In this document: positions 18,213 through 26,794 of the stretch, in pieces
How positions within the stretch are numbered: position 1 is the stretch's first letter
How the letters are laid out: each line of letters begins with the position of its first letter
Assembly: GCA_965214615.1 (NCBI GenBank)
Contig: OZ243952.1
Span: forward strand, 2,648,468 to 2,712,467
DNA length: 64,000 nucleotides
DNA from: Arenicellales bacterium
Lineage (GTDB): Bacteria > Pseudomonadota > Gammaproteobacteria > Arenicellales > JAJDZL01
Reading direction: 5' to 3'
Translations under genes and position numbers: made by a program
The notes under the pieces: model-generated
Databases searched by the model: none
Told to the model about the DNA's origin: nothing
What the model saw: the letters and a program-made list of their open reading frames with translations, nothing else

Positions 18213-19889
18213 TCATTGATCGCAGCATTGGTGTTCGAGCCGGCATGCGCATGACGCTTTGATCGGCACGTCGGCTCGTGCCATAGCAAGGTTCAAGCGA
18301 GACCGGAATATCCTAGCTTCGCGCTTTTTCCCCTGGCGTTCGAGACACTCGACCAGACCATGGAGGCTCCACAGGTTTTCAACGCGATGCGAGGTACTGA
18401 CCAGAGTGTCTGATATTCCCAGATCATCTTCGTAAACCTGACGGGCCTGGTCGACTCGACCTTGCTCAAGCAGCAAGGCGCCTAATGCGTGTCGCGCGGG
18501 TTGCATCCATCCCCAGGGTTCGTCGTATTTCAGGTTATCGTCAAGGTGCACGGCATTTTGCAAGTGATCAAATGCCGTCTCGTAGTTGCCCTTTCGGTAT
18601 TCGAGTTCACCGCTTAGCATTTGGTCGGCGATTTTTAAAACGTCTCGGCAGGTATTGTTGAAAAGATAGCGCGTCGGTTGGACTTTCTCCCAGGCAGCGC
18701 GGAATCGTCTTTGTCCGGCTGTTGCCGCTTCAATGTCACCTTTGACTGCGTATGCGACCGCTTGCGCGTAAAGCCAGACTGCGGTGGTCATTGAGTACAG
18801 ACTGGGGTTATCGGGCAGCGGGTGATCAATAATGTCCTGCCAGCGACCGAATCGGATCAACACATGCGCCTTAACGCCGACATAGCCTTCCGCCCAGTCG
18901 GCCATTGCGGGATTTTCGATTTGCAGCAGCGCCTCGGGAATATTCCGGATCAGTTGCCCGGACTCTTCCAACGCCGTATGAAACTGCCCTAGAAACATCG
19001 CGGCGTATATTTTCAAATGCTGATTGTGTACTCGCGAAAGCGCCTGAAAGGTCAGAGGATCTTCATGTTCTAGATATTTGCGATCGGCCCTTATCGCACG
19101 GTTATTTGCGAGAATGGCTTCGTGATAGTGCCCGCAGCGAACGTCGATATGGGACGGCATATGGCACAAATGGCCTGAATCCGGCACCAGCGCGCGCAGT
19201 TGATCGCTGGCGCGCAATGCCCGTTCCGGAAACGGAGACATCTCCATCACATGGATATACAGGTGCAAAATTCCGGGATGCGGCGTTCTTCCGTCATTCT
19301 CAATCCGCGCCATCGCCTGCTCCAGCACGTCGATGGCTTCCTCTGTTGACGCCCCTTGCGCTGGCTGTCCGGACCGCAGTTCCCAAAGGGCCCAAGGAGT
19401 TCGCGTCATCAGCGCTTCTGCAAACAGCGCGCAAACATGATCATTTTCGCGGTGTGATTCATAGACGCTTCGCATCTGATCGGCATATTCGTCATTCCAG
19501 CGACAAAATTCGCTCGGTTCGACCTTGGTCGGCGATTGATAGCGGGCCTGCAATGCCTCGATCATCATGGATTCCCAATCCGCTGCAAACGGCAATTTAC
19601 GCTTTGCTTCACGGGAGTACTGGTAGGTTTGATGCAATTTTTCCGCAAGCTCGTCCGTTTGCATCCTGTCCCACGGCTTGTTGTAGTAGATGCCGGAGGA
19701 ATACGCCTTTCCCCAATAGGCCATCGCACAATCTGGATTCAGAGTAGCAGATTGGGTAAAACACCGAAATGCCATTTCCAGATCAAAGCAGTATATCCAC
19801 ATCAAGCCGCGGTTCAGCCAGGTTCGCGATTCACTGCAGCCTGCACTAATTTCGTTGAAGTAGCTACCGAGATCGTACGGGTGATGCAT
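18213..19889 (-). CDS. TPR-like repeat protein of unknown function with a Cys-rich C-terminus
   Basis: 558-aa uninterrupted ORF with helical-repeat character (AMAYWGKAY..., YETAFDHLQNAV...). The tail is ASCACRLEHQCCDQ. Confidence 0.7.
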   Translation of the reverse strand: MHHPYDLGSYFNEISAGCSESRTWLNRGLMWIYCFDLEMAFRCFTQSATLNPDCAMAYWGKAYSSGIYYNKPWDRMQTDELAEKLHQTYQYSREAKRKLPFAADWESMMIEALQARYQSPTKVEPSEFCRWNDEYADQMRSVYESHRENDHVCALFAEALMTRTPWALWELRSGQPAQGASTEEAIDVLEQAMARIENDGRTPHPGILHLYIHVMEMSPFPERALRASDQLRALVPDSGHLCHMPSHIDVRCGHYHEAILANNRAIRADRKYLEHEDPLTFQALSRVHNQHLKIYAAMFLGQFHTALEESGQLIRNIPEALLQIENPAMADWAEGYVGVKAHVLIRFGRWQDIIDHPLPDNPSLYSMTTAVWLYAQAVAYAVKGDIEAATAGQRRFRAAWEKVQPTRYLFNNTCRDVLKIADQMLSGELEYRKGNYETAFDHLQNAVHLDDNLKYDEPWGWMQPARHALGALLLEQGRVDQARQVYEDDLGISDTLVSTSHRVENLWSLHGLVECLERQGKKREARIFRSRLNLAMARADVPIKASCACRLEHQCCDQ

Positions 19890-20168
19890 CAGGTAACATT
19901 CTCCCTATTCTCAAATGTGATGGATGGATCAACTGGTTCCATTTCCTGAATTTTACACCACTCTTCCAGTACTAAAATCTTTGGAGTTTGACCCGGAAAT
20001 CCTGCGCCTATTTAAGCAGGCTCACCAATATTGAGATTAGAGTCACCGCTTCGCAGCAACACTAATCTTATAAAATTGCCCTCGAACCTTCGGTGTCTTA
20101 TACCCATAAAGCGAGTATGTGCAAAGTTTGCGCTGAACTGCGTCACTTAATTTGATGAACACACAAAC

Positions 20169-22580
20169 ATGAAGAATTCCGCTCAAGTTGCCGTGATTGG
20201 CGGAGGAGTTGTCGGCTGCTCTGTCGCCTACCACCTGGCCAAACATGGCTGGACCGATGTCGTCATCATAGAACGCCAGGAACTGACATCCGGATCCAGC
20301 TGGCATGCAGCCGGCGGACTGTTCGCGCTAACCCGCCCCGATCCCGTAGCGCGTATCCACAAATACACGTTCGACATCTACCGCGAACTCGAGCGCGAAA
20401 GCGGCCAGTCCTGCGGATTCCACCTAACCGGAGGAATCAACATCTGCCGCACTCCCGAGGAGATAGAAAGCAACCAGATGCTGCAAAGCGCATGTCGAAG
20501 GCTCGGAATTGAAAGCCACTTTCTTTCCGCCGAAGAAGCCCGCAGCAAGGCGCCGATCCTCGACACAAAGGATGTGATTGCCTGCCTCTGGGAGGATGAC
20601 GGCGGGCACGTCGATCCCGCATCCGCAACTCAGGCGTTCGCGGCGGCCGCAAGGCAACTCGGTGTGGAAATCTACCGGCACACCCCTGTAGTCAAAACGG
20701 TCAGGACATCACAGGGCACTTGGCAGGTCGGTACAGATCATGGCGACATCGAAGCCGAATTCGTGGTCAACGCAGCAGGTCTCTGGGGCCGGGAGGTCGG
20801 CAGACTGGCCGGAATCGAACTTCCGCTTATGCCGGTGGAGCATCACTACCTGGTCACCGAAAGCATCCCCGAAATCGAACAGTTGGACTTCGAACTGCCC
20901 CAGATCAACGACAACGAAACGGGTTGCTATGCACGTCAGGAAGGCCAGGGACTGCTGCTCGGAGCCTACGAAAAAACCTGCACCCATTGGGCCGAAGATG
21001 CAACGCCGCAAGACTTCGGGCATGAACTGCTGCCAAACGATCTCACCCGAATGGAATGGAATTTCCGTCAGGCCGTCGACATCATGCCATGCCTGTCCAG
21101 CACCGGAGTCAAGCGGGTTATCAACGGCCCCATGATTTTCTCGCCGGATCTGGGACCGCTGCTCGGACCACACCCCGGCCTGACCAACTACTTTTGCGCA
21201 AACGGCGTCATGTCGGGATTCAATCAGGGCGCCGGCGTCGGCAAGGCGCTCGCCGAATGGATCATTCAGGGAGAACCGGAATTCGACATTTTCTGCTGGG
21301 ATGTCGCCCGTTTCGGAGACTGGGCTTCCAAGGACTACGTCAAGGCATCCACACGGTATTTCTACGAAAACCGATCGGAAAAAATCTATCCCTACGAAGA
21401 ATTCGAAGCCGGACGCCCAATCCGCAAGCCCCCGGTCTACGACCGGCTCAAGACCGCCGGCGGGGTATTCGGAATGTCATTCGGCCTCGAGCACCCTAAC
21501 TGGTTCTCACCCGGCACAGCCGATGTGCGCGATTCAAGGACCTACAGGCAGCCGAATTGGTGGCAGCCCGTTATCGACGAAGGCAAGCGGATTCGAAACG
21601 AGCTGGGCCTGATGGAATTTTCGGCAATGTCGAAATTTGAAGTGAGCGGCCCGAATGCCGAAAGCTGGCTGAACCACGTACTGGCGAACCGAATGCCGAA
21701 ACTCGGCCGCATGACTCTGTCGCCCATGCTTTCAGCCCGCGGACGGCCGATCGGAGACTTTTCAATTTCCCGCATCGCAGACGATAAGTTTTTCCTTTTG
21801 AGCGCAGACTATATGCAACTCGCCCACCTAAGGCACTTGCAGCAATTCCTCCCCCGCAAAGGCGTCACACTGAAAAATCTTTCCCGCCAGTACAGCGGCG
21901 TGCACATCGCAGGACCGCAGGCCCAGTCCCTGATCGCCCGGCTGGCCGCAAACGATATAGACACCCCGAACTTTCCATTCATGCAGGCAGCCGCCTTGTC
22001 GATTGCCGACATCCCGGATGTAATCACGCTTCGGGTATCATTCTCCGGTGAAACCGGCTACGAAATGTACTTGCCCTGCCCGCATCAGCAAAAACTGTTC
22101 GATACCTTGCTCAAGGAAGGGCAAAATCTCGGCATCGGCCTCGTCGGCACGCGATGCCTGATGCATACGCGGCTCGAAAAGAGCTTTCCGGCATGGGGAC
22201 TTGAACTTTCGCCGGACTATACAATCGCAGAATCAGAACTGGAGCGCTTCGTGAATCTGGAAAAAGAAAGCTTCTGCGGCATGGGCGCCGTACTGAACAG
22301 CCCGCCGCCTCGGGAAAAATTCGTCACCTTGACCGTGGATGCCGGAGACTGCGCAGTCTGGGGCGACGAAGCAATCTTTGTCGACTCAAATCCGGTCGGC
22401 TACGTCACATCAGGAGGATTCGGGCCGAAAAGCGAACGCCATATCGCCCTGGGATACGTCGACATCGCCGCATACTCGATACGCGCGCAGTACAGCGTAG
22501 AAATTCTTGGACAGCTTCGTGATGCGCAACTTCACCTGCAGCCGATTTATGACCCGTCCGGCAGCAGAATGCGACTGTAG
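20169..22580 (+). CDS. FAD-dependent oxidoreductase fused to a GcvT-type folate-binding domain (dimethylglycine/sarcosine dehydrogenase family)
   Basis: N-terminal dinucleotide fold VAVIGGGVVGCSVAYHLAK. The 803-aa length and the C-terminal aminomethyltransferase-like region (GYEMYLP, ALGYV) fit the family. Confidence 0.9.
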   Translation: MKNSAQVAVIGGGVVGCSVAYHLAKHGWTDVVIIERQELTSGSSWHAAGGLFALTRPDPVARIHKYTFDIYRELERESGQSCGFHLTGGINICRTPEEIESNQMLQSACRRLGIESHFLSAEEARSKAPILDTKDVIACLWEDDGGHVDPASATQAFAAAARQLGVEIYRHTPVVKTVRTSQGTWQVGTDHGDIEAEFVVNAAGLWGREVGRLAGIELPLMPVEHHYLVTESIPEIEQLDFELPQINDNETGCYARQEGQGLLLGAYEKTCTHWAEDATPQDFGHELLPNDLTRMEWNFRQAVDIMPCLSSTGVKRVINGPMIFSPDLGPLLGPHPGLTNYFCANGVMSGFNQGAGVGKALAEWIIQGEPEFDIFCWDVARFGDWASKDYVKASTRYFYENRSEKIYPYEEFEAGRPIRKPPVYDRLKTAGGVFGMSFGLEHPNWFSPGTADVRDSRTYRQPNWWQPVIDEGKRIRNELGLMEFSAMSKFEVSGPNAESWLNHVLANRMPKLGRMTLSPMLSARGRPIGDFSISRIADDKFFLLSADYMQLAHLRHLQQFLPRKGVTLKNLSRQYSGVHIAGPQAQSLIARLAANDIDTPNFPFMQAAALSIADIPDVITLRVSFSGETGYEMYLPCPHQQKLFDTLLKEGQNLGIGLVGTRCLMHTRLEKSFPAWGLELSPDYTIAESELERFVNLEKESFCGMGAVLNSPPPREKFVTLTVDAGDCAVWGDEAIFVDSNPVGYVTSGGFGPKSERHIALGYVDIAAYSIRAQYSVEILGQLRDAQLHLQPIYDPSGSRMRL

Positions 22581-22607
22581 CCGCACACTGCATTAAGGAG
22601 AGCTTGA

Positions 22608-24146
22608 ATGTCCCGACGTCGACCGAGAACCCGAACAGGCCGTCAGACAAGCACCGCCAAGCCGTTCGTGCAGCGGCCGTTTCAAACCGTGCGCAATCCC
22701 TACAAGCCGATGGAGATCGTGTCCGAGGATCAGCTTGAGCATATTCACCAGGCAAGCCTGAAGATTCTTCGCGATATCGGAATCGAGGTAAAAAGCAAGG
22801 TTGCATTGCAATTTCTGACCGATGCAAGAGCCGATGTCGACAAGGATTCCGGATGCGTACGATTCGATCCCGATCTGATCGAGGAACTCATTGCCGGGTT
22901 GCCGCAGGAATTCACCATTCACGCCAGAAATCCCGACAAGACCGTCACAATGGGCGGCAACTCGATCGTGTTTGCAACTGTTTGCGGCCCGGTCTTTGTC
23001 AATGACCTGGACCGTGGACGGCGAGCAGGCACCAAGGCGGATATGGAAGACTTCGTGCGAATATCCGGCTCCTTGAACGTGTTCCACCAGGATGGCGGCA
23101 GCGGCGTAGAGCCTTTGGACCTGCCGCCCGAAACCCGCCACCTCGACATGATGTATGCCCAGATCACCTTGACCGACAAGAGCTGGCAGCCGAACTGGAT
23201 GAACACGGGCCGCCGGGCGCGCGACTGTCTGGAGATGGCAAAAATCGCAATGCAGACCGACGACGAGGGCCTTAGCCGCAATCCGGCCATTGTCGGAGGC
23301 ATCAATACCAATTCGCCGCTGCTGCTCGATGACGGGCAAGCTGACGGCATGCGCGAGTTCGCCGCGGCCGGCCAGCCGGTACATATCACGCCCTTTACCC
23401 TGGCCGGTGCCATGGCCCCGGCGACAGTGGCCGGAGCAGTCACACTGCAAAATGCCGAAGCGCTCGGCTGCATCGCGCTGACTCAGGCCGCCGCACCCGG
23501 CTCTCCGACGTTCTACGGCAACTTCACTTCCAATGTCGACATGAAAACCGGATCTCCGGCATTCGGCACACCCGAATATGCGCAGGCCGTCATCATATCC
23601 GGACAGCTCGCACGCCGCTACAAGCTCCCGCTGCGCTCATCAAATACCACCGCTTCGAACTGCGTCGACCTGCAAGCGGCCTACGAAAGCGACATATCGA
23701 TCAACGCTTGCATGCAGGCCCACGTCAATTTCGTCATGCACGCCGGCGGATGGCTCGAAGGCGGCCTGACCTGCTCATTCGAAAAATTAATTCTCGATGC
23801 CGAACTGCTCCAGCTGCACTCGGCCTTCTACGACCCGATCGAAATTGACGAGGCATCCATTGGCCTTGATGCGATCGTCGAGGCCGGTCCTGGCGGCCAC
23901 TTCTTCGGCACAGCACATACGCTCGAACGATACAAGACGGCTTTTTACGAGCCAATCCTGTCAGACTGGCGAAATTTCGAGACATGGCGCGACAGCGGCA
24001 GCGTGACGGCAACGCAAAGAGCCAACGCAATCTGGAAGCAAATTCTGCGCGAATACGAGCCTCCGCACCTCGACGCTGCCGTAACGGAACAGCTTCAGGC
24101 ATACATGGCGACGCGCAAGGAGCAAATCAAAGCCGAAGCCGCCTAG
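22608..24146 (+). CDS. MttB-superfamily (trimethylamine methyltransferase family) protein, non-pyrrolysine type, copy 2
   Basis: AAGGAGAG Shine-Dalgarno before the ATG. It has a basic N-terminal tail (SRRRPRTRTGRQ) followed by SEDQLEHIHQASLKILRDIGIEV, typical of the family. No in-frame TAG. Confidence 0.9.
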   Translation: MSRRRPRTRTGRQTSTAKPFVQRPFQTVRNPYKPMEIVSEDQLEHIHQASLKILRDIGIEVKSKVALQFLTDARADVDKDSGCVRFDPDLIEELIAGLPQEFTIHARNPDKTVTMGGNSIVFATVCGPVFVNDLDRGRRAGTKADMEDFVRISGSLNVFHQDGGSGVEPLDLPPETRHLDMMYAQITLTDKSWQPNWMNTGRRARDCLEMAKIAMQTDDEGLSRNPAIVGGINTNSPLLLDDGQADGMREFAAAGQPVHITPFTLAGAMAPATVAGAVTLQNAEALGCIALTQAAAPGSPTFYGNFTSNVDMKTGSPAFGTPEYAQAVIISGQLARRYKLPLRSSNTTASNCVDLQAAYESDISINACMQAHVNFVMHAGGWLEGGLTCSFEKLILDAELLQLHSAFYDPIEIDEASIGLDAIVEAGPGGHFFGTAHTLERYKTAFYEPILSDWRNFETWRDSGSVTATQRANAIWKQILREYEPPHLDAAVTEQLQAYMATRKEQIKAEAA

Positions 24147-24149
24147 CTC

Positions 24150-25247
24150 ATGCCTTGCGCCAAATCCAATCAGTTCTCCATTGACCTGGCTGACGGCATC
24201 GACAATCTGCTGCGCCGGTGCGCCCGGGTCGAACAAGGCCAAAGGCTGCTTATCATTGGCGAATCGGGCAAGGACACCTACTTCGACAGCGAATTGTGCG
24301 TCGATCTGAAACAGGCCGCCGATGAACTGGGGGCAATCACTACGCTGGTGTATGCGGAACCGGTCGCCGAAATCTCCTGCGCCGCCAAATCCTTGATGCA
24401 GAAAATGGTCGACGCGGATGCAGTCATTTTCCTGTCCAGACTCGGAGATCAGACCCGATTCCTGACCTCTCCCGGACCGGATCGAAAAATCTCCTGCTAC
24501 ACAGTCACCAGGCGTCACATGGGATCGCCGTTTGCCGCAATAGATCACGAAAGAATGACGCAAATGCTGCACCTGCTGGAAAGCCGCATCCGCGATGCCG
24601 CACACTACCGGATCGCTGCGCCTTGCGGTACCGATCTTTGCGGTGAAATCGGACGAGACGGCACGGATTCGCCGACTACGAAATTTCACGTCGAACTGTT
24701 TCCTGCAATGACGTTCGAACCGATCAATTGCCGCAATCTGTCGGGAAACCTGACAATCTCGAGATTTATCACATCGTCGTCCACCCGGGCGTACGAAAAC
24801 AGCGCGCTCATCATCGAATCCCCCGTCGCCGCAAGGGTGAAGGATTCCGTAATTGCCGACCTCGACGGCGACTCCGAGACGGTCAAGACAATCGACCGGC
24901 AGCTCAAGCGCGTCGCCGAACTCAGCCAGGGAGACCCGTACGCCCTGCACTCTTGGCATACGGGCATCAATCCGGGAACCTTCTTCGAGGGCGACCCCCT
25001 TGCAGACCTTGAACGCTGGGGCACCGTCGCATACGGGTCGCCACGCTATACCCATATCCATGGAGCAGGGATCAATCCCGGAGATGCGGCATTCCACATC
25101 TTTGACGCTACCATCTGGATGGATGACGCAATGTATTGGCACGAAGGCTGTTTCGTGTTTCTCGATACGCCTGAAGTCCAATCGCTTTTTACAGCCGGGG
25201 AGCGCCAAATCATCAATACCCGATATCGTCTCAATATCGGAATATAG
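24150..25247 (+). CDS. conserved hypothetical protein with weak, unverified resemblance to the aminopeptidase-T (M29)/NicX fold
   Basis: The ATG lies 3 nt after the mttB-2 stop. The 365-aa product is protein-like. The His-rich C-terminal region (HSWHTGINPG...YTHIHGAGINPG) suggests a metal site. Confidence 0.7.
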   Translation: MPCAKSNQFSIDLADGIDNLLRRCARVEQGQRLLIIGESGKDTYFDSELCVDLKQAADELGAITTLVYAEPVAEISCAAKSLMQKMVDADAVIFLSRLGDQTRFLTSPGPDRKISCYTVTRRHMGSPFAAIDHERMTQMLHLLESRIRDAAHYRIAAPCGTDLCGEIGRDGTDSPTTKFHVELFPAMTFEPINCRNLSGNLTISRFITSSSTRAYENSALIIESPVAARVKDSVIADLDGDSETVKTIDRQLKRVAELSQGDPYALHSWHTGINPGTFFEGDPLADLERWGTVAYGSPRYTHIHGAGINPGDAAFHIFDATIWMDDAMYWHEGCFVFLDTPEVQSLFTAGERQIINTRYRLNIGI

Positions 25248-25444
25248 ACCATCATCTAAATCGGAACGTCCTGTTCAGCAAATCCGGATGTCGCTCGCCG
25301 CACAAGGGATGCACGCCGCAAACCGCCAGCCATTTTCAATTCGATTTAAGCCGTCCTTATGCGATTTGCCTCCAATCGAACCCACACGCGGAATTCCCGC
25401 GTATCCGGCATGCCATCGTGCAAATTTCAGGGCAAAGGAATTCA

Positions 25445-25473
25445 TTGACAATCTTTCTGTACTCATGTACAAA
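25445..25473 (+). promoter_or_regulatory. candidate sigma70-type promoter for the RND efflux operon
   Basis: TTGACA (25445-25450), a 17-nt spacer, then TACAAA (25468-25473), about 45 nt upstream of the ATG at 25520. Confidence 0.3.
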
Positions 25474-25519
25474 TACCAATGTAAATCAAATTCAGGCATC
25501 TGCTGCCACTGTTGAAAAT

Positions 25520-26629
25520 ATGGCTGATAAACAACCTCCAAATACAGGCGAACGAAGCCAATTCATGGGATATTTGCAACTTATCCTGATCATTGTCGTA
25601 ATCGGCGCTGCGATATTCTTCGCCAGGGCTCCGGACCGAATCGAACGCGATGCCGGAATCGATCCGGCAATTGAAAGTTCGAGGCCCTATGCGGTCGAAG
25701 TGATGCCGCAGCCGCAAATGCAAAACTTCTCTGTACCGATCAGGCTCACCGGCAACGTGTCGTTTGAAGAGCGCGTAGAAATTGTCTCCGAAGCGCGCGG
25801 AAAAATTGTCTGGGTTTCAGAAAAGTTCAGAGGCGGCGAAACCATAGCCGCGAACGACGTCATTGTCAGGATTGATCCCGAAGGCTACCGTCTGAGAGTT
25901 AAAGCGGCCCAGGCCCGGCTGCGCCTTGCAAAGGCAAAGCTCGCATCGATCGCTTCATCTGACCAGGGCTATGAACAAGCAGCGGCACGGGCCGACTTGG
26001 CCGAAGCGAAACTGGCAATGGCGCAGAGGCGCCTTGCGCAAACCGAAGTGTCCCTGCCTTACGAATTCCGCGTCATACGGGCTGACGCCGCAGTCGGCGA
26101 CCTGGCGGGACCGCCTGAATACGTCGGCCGCGACGGCGCCTTGCTTGGCGCAGGCTATCGTCCTGAACTGCTGCAGATCGGAGCGCCCGTCGAGCCTCAT
26201 CTGCTGGACAATCTGGACCCCCTGGCAGGCCGTCCCGCAACCGCTACCATTGAAAACGTCACCTACGATGTAACACTGGAGCGCGTACTGCCGGTAGTCG
26301 CTAGAGAATCGCGCATGACCCGGTCATTTTTCAAATTCGATCAGAGCCAAATCGCTGGGAACAGGCCGCTGCCCGGAATGTTTGCAGAAATTTCCTTCGA
26401 AGGCGAGGAATATCGCGACGCTTTCGCGCTTCCGCTGGCGGCGATGCAATCAAGCACCATGGTCTGGGTCGTTGCAAATGGCACCGTGCAAAGTCGCTAC
26501 CCACAAGCGCTGGCACTGACCGACACAGCTTGGATTGTCAAGCCGTTCGACGTGGCGGACGGACTCGTTGTGGGCGCGCATCCGAACTTATATGAAGGGG
26601 CGCCGGTCACAGCAGCCGAAATCAACTGA
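25520..26629 (+). CDS. efflux RND transporter periplasmic adaptor (membrane-fusion protein)
   Basis: ATG at 25520. N-terminal TM anchor LQLILIIVVIGAAIFF and a coiled-coil hairpin region (RLRVKAAQARLRLAKAKL...AEAKLAMAQRRLAQ). It lies upstream of the RND pump gene. Confidence 0.8.
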   Translation: MADKQPPNTGERSQFMGYLQLILIIVVIGAAIFFARAPDRIERDAGIDPAIESSRPYAVEVMPQPQMQNFSVPIRLTGNVSFEERVEIVSEARGKIVWVSEKFRGGETIAANDVIVRIDPEGYRLRVKAAQARLRLAKAKLASIASSDQGYEQAAARADLAEAKLAMAQRRLAQTEVSLPYEFRVIRADAAVGDLAGPPEYVGRDGALLGAGYRPELLQIGAPVEPHLLDNLDPLAGRPATATIENVTYDVTLERVLPVVARESRMTRSFFKFDQSQIAGNRPLPGMFAEISFEGEEYRDAFALPLAAMQSSTMVWVVANGTVQSRYPQALALTDTAWIVKPFDVADGLVVGAHPNLYEGAPVTAAEIN

Positions 26630-26794
26630 TCGGATTGCGAGTGCCTGAGCAGCATTCCAGTACGGACATGATGAAGCAGGCGGAACGTTAAATGCATCGC
26701 GGATACTTTTTCAATTTTGAACGGCCGGGCACGGAACTGCGCAATACGGGCGGGAATCGGATGAGCAGGCGCAATTTTTTCGGCAGACGAATTC

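Noticed and set aside
11010-24146. Possibility that the MttB-family genes use an in-frame amber (pyrrolysine) codon.
   Set aside because: Both reading frames are uninterrupted from start to stop with no internal TAG, and no pyl genes are present. Both belong to the non-Pyl branch.
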